Part shown: positions 59,108-64,000 of the stretch, piece after piece
Layout: the number at the start of each line of letters is the position of its first letter
Numbering within the stretch: position 1 is the stretch's first letter
DNA from: Candidatus Lustribacter sp.
GTDB lineage: Bacteria; Vulcanimicrobiota; Vulcanimicrobiia; Vulcanimicrobiales; Vulcanimicrobiaceae
DNA: 64,000 nt
Direction of reading: 5' to 3'
Assembly (NCBI GenBank): GCA_965277805.1
Contig: OZ255842.1
Coordinates: 4,672,001 to 4,736,000 of the forward strand
Notes under the pieces: model-generated
Told to the model about the DNA's origin: nothing
Databases searched by the model: none
Seen by the model: only the letters and a program-made list of their open reading frames with translations
Translations under genes and position numbers: made by a program

Positions 59108-59428
59108 TTAGGCCGTGCAGATCCCGTGCACCGGATCGAGCACCATGCTCTTGAGCGAGGCGACGAGCGGCCCGTCGCGTTCGGTTGCTTCGCGCACGGC
59201 CGCCCAGGCCGGGTCGGCCAGAAACGCCTTCCAGGCTGCCTTCATCGCGGCTTCGTCGTTGAAGCGACAAACGTAGTAGAGCGTATCGGCCGGTTCGCGC
59301 ACCGTCCAGAACGCGGTTACCACGATGTTGTGCCGGTCGAACAGCGGCTTCGTCTCGTTCTGGAAGCGTTTCACCAGGGCGTCGAGCTTGCCGGGCGTTG
59401 CGACGTAGTGCCGAAGTTCTTCGATCAT
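59108..59428 (-). CDS. NIPSNAP family protein
   Basis: I.ELR.Y...PGK, F.RH, W..F.ADP.W. Start ATG 59428. Confidence 0.88.
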   Translation of the reverse strand: MIEELRHYVATPGKLDALVKRFQNETKPLFDRHNIVVTAFWTVREPADTLYYVCRFNDEAAMKAAWKAFLADPAWAAVREATERDGPLVASLKSMVLDPVHGICTA

Positions 59429-59509
59429 GCGCTTGGGTTCCGCAGCACGGAACCGCGATACCTCGCTTTCATGGGGAAAGCCCGGACCCCGCACCGAAGG
59501 CAGAGCCCT

Positions 59510-60964
59510 GTGAAAACGTTGTTTTTGAGCCCCCCGTCGTTCGACGGCTTCGACGGTGGAGCGGGCGCGCGCTATCAGGCAAAGCGCGAAGTCACCTCGT
59601 TCTGGTACCCGACCTGGCTCGCGCAGCCGGCGGCCCTCGTTCCGGGTAGCACCCTGGTCGACGCGGCCCCGCACGGGCTCTCGACCGAGGACGTGTTGAA
59701 GATCGCGGTCGGCCATGATCTGGTCATCATGCACACCAGCACCCCGTCGCTGCCCAACGACGTCGAGTGCGCGCGCCGCATCAAAGAGCAGAACCCCAAC
59801 GTGAAGTGCGGTTTCATCGGCGCGCACGTGGCGGTGCTGCCCGAGCAAACGCTCCAGATGAACCCGGTCATCGATTTCGTCTGCCGCAACAATTTCGACT
59901 ACACGTGCCTCGAGCTCTCGGAAGGCCGCCCGTGGGAAGATATCCTCGGCCTCTCCTATCGCGACGCCGACGGCGTGCTGCATGCGAACGCCGAGCGCCC
60001 GGACATCGCCGACTGGGATGCGATGCCGAGCGTCCTTCCGACGTACGACAAGTTCCTCGACATCCGCAAGTACTACAACGGCTACTTACTGCACCCGTAC
60101 GTCTCGTGGTACACCGGCCGCGGCTGCGTGGCGAAGTGCACGTTCTGCCTCTGGCCGCACACGATCGGCGGGCACAAGTTCTTCCACAAGTCGGCCGAAG
60201 CCGTGGGCCGCGATCTCGATGAAGCGAAGAGCATCTTCGGCGACCGCGTGGCCGAGTACATGTTCGACGACGACACGCTGACCGGCGAAAAAGAATATGC
60301 GATCGCGCTCAGCAAGCACATGAAGCGCCTCAAGCTGAGCTGGGCCTGCAACGCGCGTGCGCACGTCGACTACGACACGCTCAAGACGCTGCGCGACAAC
60401 GGGCTGCGCGTGCTGCTGGTCGGTTTCGAATCGGGCAATCAAGAGATTCTGCACCGCATTCGCAAGGGGCTGAACCTCGCGATGGCGCGCGAGTTCATGA
60501 AGAACTGTCACAAGCTCGGCATCAAGGTGCACGGCACGTTCATCATCGGCTTACCGGTCGAAACGCCGGAGACCGTGCGCGAAACGATCGAGTTCGCGAA
60601 AGAACTCGATCCGCATACGATCCAGGTATCGATCGCGTCGCCCTATCCGGGCACGGTGCTCTACGATCAAGCGCTGGCCAACGGCTGGTTCGCGCGTCAG
60701 GACCTCGTCTCGGGTTCCAACGGCATCCAAACCTCGACCTTGAGCTACGACACGCTCTCGACCGCGGAGATCGAGGATTCGGTCGAGCGCATGTATCGCG
60801 AGTTCTACTTCCGTCCGAAGAAGATCGCCAAGATCGTCGGCGAGATGGTGACGAGCCGTCAGATGATGGTGCGCCGTCTGCGCGAAGGCGGCGAGTTCTT
60901 CGAATATCTCCGTCGCCGCCACACCTCGACTGCCAACCGCCGCGGGGAGGCCGTGACCGCTTGA
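59510..60964 (+). CDS. hpnJ: hopanoid biosynthesis-associated radical SAM protein HpnJ
   Basis: KTLFL.PPSFDGFDGGAG.RYQA.REV.SFWYPTWLAQPAALV, YTGRGCxxxCxFC.WP.TIGGH, HGTFI.GLP.ET. GTG 59510. Confidence 0.93.
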   Translation: MKTLFLSPPSFDGFDGGAGARYQAKREVTSFWYPTWLAQPAALVPGSTLVDAAPHGLSTEDVLKIAVGHDLVIMHTSTPSLPNDVECARRIKEQNPNVKCGFIGAHVAVLPEQTLQMNPVIDFVCRNNFDYTCLELSEGRPWEDILGLSYRDADGVLHANAERPDIADWDAMPSVLPTYDKFLDIRKYYNGYLLHPYVSWYTGRGCVAKCTFCLWPHTIGGHKFFHKSAEAVGRDLDEAKSIFGDRVAEYMFDDDTLTGEKEYAIALSKHMKRLKLSWACNARAHVDYDTLKTLRDNGLRVLLVGFESGNQEILHRIRKGLNLAMAREFMKNCHKLGIKVHGTFIIGLPVETPETVRETIEFAKELDPHTIQVSIASPYPGTVLYDQALANGWFARQDLVSGSNGIQTSTLSYDTLSTAEIEDSVERMYREFYFRPKKIAKIVGEMVTSRQMMVRRLREGGEFFEYLRRRHTSTANRRGEAVTA

Positions 60965-61833
60965 GAAAGCCTCGCGTCGGATCGCTCGAACACCGCGATC
61001 TGTTCTGCCGCACGTTCATCGAGACGCACCGCGCGTTCGAACCGGAAAACTTGCCGTGGCCCCGCCTCGAAGCGCGCTACGTCGAGTTGCTGCGCGCGTT
61101 TCCGTTTTGGAGCTTCGCGCGCAGCATGGAGCAAGAAGCGGACCGCATGATCGCGACGTTTGCGAAAACGCTCACCGATCCGGTCATTCGCGAAGCGGTC
61201 GAACTGCAAGGGTATGAAGAAGGCCGCCACGGCCGCCTGCTCAATCACATGCTCGAGCGCTACGAGATCGACGTGCCGAGCGTGCCGCTGACCACCTTGC
61301 CCGTGACGCGCGAAGACTTCGTCGTGTTCGGCTTCAGCGAGTGCCTCGATTCGGTCATCGGCTTCGGCGGCTTTGCGCTCGCGCGCGAGAAGCAGATCTT
61401 TCCCAAAGGCTTGCTCGACATTTTCGAACACATCTTGTTCGAAGAAGCGCGGCACATCGTGTTCTTCATCAACTGGTGGCGGTACGATGAAGAATTGGCC
61501 GGACGCACCAATCCGCTCGCGCGCCAGCTCGCCATCGCGCAATATCACGCGCGGGCGGGCATGCACCAAGCGCAGGGCGCCCAGGGTGCGGCCGTGGTGC
61601 CGGCGCCGATCGACTTGACCGGCGGCGGCTCGCAAGCGATTCTCGAAGGCGTCTCGCCGAAGATGTTTCTCGAGGTGGCGCTAGCCGAAGAGCGCGCGAT
61701 GATGTCACGGCTCGATCCGCGCCTCCTGCGGCCGCGCTTCGTGCCGGTGCTGGCGACCGCCGCGCTGCTCGGACTGCGCCTGCTGCCGCCCCGCAAAGAA
61801 ACCCTCAAGCGTCCCTTAGCGGTTGCTTCGTAG
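60961..61833 (+). CDS. ferritin-like diiron domain protein (hopanoid-cluster associated)
   Basis: EE.RH twice (EEGRH, EEARH), SECLDS, LPWP.L. TTGA overlap with hpnJ. Confidence 0.8.
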   Translation: MRKPRVGSLEHRDLFCRTFIETHRAFEPENLPWPRLEARYVELLRAFPFWSFARSMEQEADRMIATFAKTLTDPVIREAVELQGYEEGRHGRLLNHMLERYEIDVPSVPLTTLPVTREDFVVFGFSECLDSVIGFGGFALAREKQIFPKGLLDIFEHILFEEARHIVFFINWWRYDEELAGRTNPLARQLAIAQYHARAGMHQAQGAQGAAVVPAPIDLTGGGSQAILEGVSPKMFLEVALAEERAMMSRLDPRLLRPRFVPVLATAALLGLRLLPPRKETLKRPLAVAS

Positions 61834-61837
61834 TAGA

Positions 61838-62800
61838 ATGGCTGTCGTCGCCGAGAAGAAGATCCTGCTCTGCCAGCCGCGCGGATTCTGCGCGGGGGTG
61901 GAGCGCGCCGTGCAGATCATCGATGAGCTGGTGCGCCGCTCGGGCGAGACGGTCTACGTGCGCAAGGAAGTCGTTCACAACCGCGTCGTGGTAGACGAAT
62001 TCCGCCGGCGCGGCGTGATCTTCGTCGACGACGTCGAGGATGCACCCGAGTCGTCGCTGCTGGTGTTCAGCGCGCACGGCATCGCGCCCGAAGTGCGCGC
62101 GCGCGCCGAGAAGCGCCACCAGCGCACGATCGACGCAGTCTGCCCGCTGGTGGTGAAAGTTCATCGCGAAGTGTCGAAGTTCGTCGGTGAAGGCTATCAC
62201 GTGCTGCTGATCGGTCATGCCGGCCATGAAGAAGTCGACGGCACGATGGGTCACGCCGGCGGTCACGTGACGCTCATTCAAAACGAAGCCGAAGCCGAAG
62301 CGTACCAGAATACGAGCGGCAAAGCCCTGGCGCTCGTGTCGCAAACGACGCTCGCCGTCAGCGAAGTGCAGCACGTGATCGACGTGCTGCAGCGGCGCTT
62401 CCCCGGCATCCACTTGCCGGCCAAGAGCGACATCTGTTACGCGACCGAGAACCGCCAAGTCGCGGTGCGCGCGATGGCGCCGTCGTGCGACGCGATCCTC
62501 GTCATCGGCTCGAACAACAGTTCCAACTCGCGCAGTCTGCGCGACGCCGCGGGCGAAGGCGGACGCCCCGCCTACCTGATCGACGATCCCGCGATGATCT
62601 TACCGGCCTGGCTCGCGGGCGTCACGACGCTCGGCGTCACCGCCGGCGCCTCAACCCCCGAAACCCTCGTCGCCGATGTGATCGAACGCGTGCGTCAACT
62701 TGACGCGGGCTTCATCACCGTCGAACCCGTCGGCACCGGCGAACCCGCCATGACGTTCCGCCCCCCACGCGAACTCGCAGAGCTGTTACCGCCCGCCTAA
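61838..62800 (+). CDS. ispH: 4-hydroxy-3-methylbut-2-enyl diphosphate reductase
   Basis: PRGFCAGV.RA, VHN, FSAHG, DA.CPLV.KVH, GH..HEEV.GT, SQTT, ICYAT.NRQ, NSSNS, GVTAGASTPE. Confidence 0.96.
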   Translation: MAVVAEKKILLCQPRGFCAGVERAVQIIDELVRRSGETVYVRKEVVHNRVVVDEFRRRGVIFVDDVEDAPESSLLVFSAHGIAPEVRARAEKRHQRTIDAVCPLVVKVHREVSKFVGEGYHVLLIGHAGHEEVDGTMGHAGGHVTLIQNEAEAEAYQNTSGKALALVSQTTLAVSEVQHVIDVLQRRFPGIHLPAKSDICYATENRQVAVRAMAPSCDAILVIGSNNSSNSRSLRDAAGEGGRPAYLIDDPAMILPAWLAGVTTLGVTAGASTPETLVADVIERVRQLDAGFITVEPVGTGEPAMTFRPPRELAELLPPA

Positions 62801-62825
62801 TAGCAACGCCGGTAGCGTGGAGCGC

Positions 62826-62868
62826 GTCCTTCGTCTGCGCGCCCTTCGGCGCTTCACTCAGGATGACA
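62826..62868. repeat. palindromic REP-like repeat, long type
   Basis: Reverse complement TGTCATCCTGAGTGAAGCGCCGAAGGGCGCGCAGACGAAGGAC matches the 51767 arms. Contains the DUF1697 gene's stop. Confidence 0.82.
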
Positions 62869-63406
62869 GGTCTACGGCGGCGGCGAGTTTTAGGACGGTA
62901 TTCCAATTGCGAGCGGTGCATTGGACGCCGAGTTTGCGTTCGATCAGGGCGTTGGTGAGTTTCGAGTTGCCCTGCCCGTCGGGGTAGATCGCGTAGACTT
63001 GCTTGCCGGCGGCGGTGATGGTTTCGCGGCCCACGATCGCCGCGCGCAACGCCGCAACATCCTTCGCGGCGGGGGCCGACTTGCAGGCGATCATGACGAA
63101 CCGGCTCGGATCGTCGCGTGCGGCGTCGGGATATGGGTTGTTGGTGACGATTGCGTCCCACTCGCGCGCGGTGCGTACGAAGAACGCCGTCTGCACGCCG
63201 AGCTTCGCCGCGACCGCAGTTTCCAGTTGCCGTTCGAGCGCAGCATCGGCTTTGCCGCTGCAGCCGAACACGACGTTGCCGCTCTGCAAGAGCGACTTCA
63301 CGCCGGTGAAGCCGAGCCCGGTCAGCGCCTTGCAGAGCGCGGGCATCGAGACGGCTTTCGTTCCGCCGACGTTGACGGCGCGCAAGAGCGCGACGACGCG
63401 GGTCAC
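62858..63406 (-). CDS. DUF1697 family protein
   Basis: VALLRAVNVGG, LQSGNVVF, NP, T.RNWNTV.KL. Confidence 0.9.
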   Translation of the reverse strand: MTRVVALLRAVNVGGTKAVSMPALCKALTGLGFTGVKSLLQSGNVVFGCSGKADAALERQLETAVAAKLGVQTAFFVRTAREWDAIVTNNPYPDAARDDPSRFVMIACKSAPAAKDVAALRAAIVGRETITAAGKQVYAIYPDGQGNSKLTNALIERKLGVQCTARNWNTVLKLAAAVDLSS

Positions 63407-64000
63407 GTCAGACGGGCCGCCGCGGCGAGCGTTTCTTCGAGCATGTTGCGCTGGAACGCAACCATATCCGCAACGTGCGGGAACCGTGCATCGGCGCGCG
63501 CGTCGGTGAGCCGGTAGCGCGGCCCTGCGGCGGCGAGGATGCCCAAGCGGATCAGCACCATCAGCGCTTCGTCGACGACGGCATCCGGACGGCGGCGCAA
63601 TTCCGGATCGGCGAACACGTTCGACGGCAACGCGGCTAGCTGCGTCAGCACGCTCTCGCGCGCCGCGCTCGCCGCGAACGGCTCATCGACGCCGCAGAGA
63701 AACGTTGCCACAAGCGCGCTCGTCGTCACCGTGCGCGCGGCGGCGAGCGACGTGCCGAGATCGTTGCGGTCGGCGGGCGGGACGACGCGGTAGAGCATCG
63801 AGAGGCGCCGTCCGCGGAACGGATCGTAGGCGATCGCGCACAACCACGGTTCGGCAACGGGCAGCACCGCATCGGTAAGTCCGTTGCGCATCGGGTGCAT
63901 CGTGCCGTCCCGGCTGAAATCGCCTTCGGGCGTCACGTAAAACGTCGCGCCCTCGCGCAAGCGCTCCACTACCGCGGCAATGTCGGCGGTCATCGTCGCG
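63403..64000 (-). CDS. phospholipid/glycerol acyltransferase-like protein (5' part outside the window)
   Basis: TPEG..S.DG.M..MR.GL resembles the PlsC-type PEG block. The frame is open to the window edge. Confidence 0.55.
   Translation of the reverse strand, partial: ATMTADIAAVVERLREGATFYVTPEGDFSRDGTMHPMRNGLTDAVLPVAEPWLCAIAYDPFRGRRLSMLYRVVPPADRNDLGTSLAAARTVTTSALVATFLCGVDEPFAASAARESVLTQLAALPSNVFADPELRRRPDAVVDEALMVLIRLGILAAAGPRYRLTDARADARFPHVADMVAFQRNMLEETLAAAARLT

Overview
GC-rich bacterial chromosomal window, densely coding, with about 62 CDS. I found no rRNA, tRNA, CRISPR array or transposase. The gene style suggests a diderm Terrabacteria-type soil organism, possibly Ca. Eremiobacterota (inference only): rsmI-metG-tatD synteny, TonB-dependent receptors, many orphan solute-binding proteins and hpnJ. 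The first 13.6 kb holds tatD (partial), malonyl-CoA decarboxylase, a GNAT, metG, rsmI, a phosphoesterase plus two isochorismatase-family paralogs, an SF2 helicase, a cysteate-synthase-like enzyme, catalase katE and a PhyH dioxygenase. A ~27 kb purine-nitrogen scavenging supercluster follows (13.7-41 kb). Its known parts are an adenine/adenosine deaminase, 8-oxoguanine deaminase, xanthine dehydrogenase, PuuD/HIU hydrolase/OHCU decarboxylase, PuuE, allantoate amidohydrolase and ureABCEFGD. Its uncharacterised front module is TBDT + deaminase + two IPNS-like 2OG oxygenases + NCS1 + hydrolase + SBP + LLM. The rest holds a MatB-like ligase operon with two novel coiled-coil paralogs, Rieske/LLM/SBP genes, an MFS transporter, a second TBDT, an FAD oxidoreductase and hpnJ-ferritin-ispH. 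Top hunt results: (1) a multi-TM leader protein ending in RPPP whose 3' end base-pairs with the SD of the downstream TBDT, a candidate nascent-chain arrest sensor; (2) the uncharacterised purine module and a GGCT-like gap-filler; (3) a palindromic repeat family found only at convergent gene junctions, forming the C-termini of five genes and supplying the stop codons of four; (4) a candidate uORF/antiterminator/terminator attenuator at ~4.94-5.15 kb; (5) a pair of unknown coiled-coil paralogs with a membrane zinc-finger protein.
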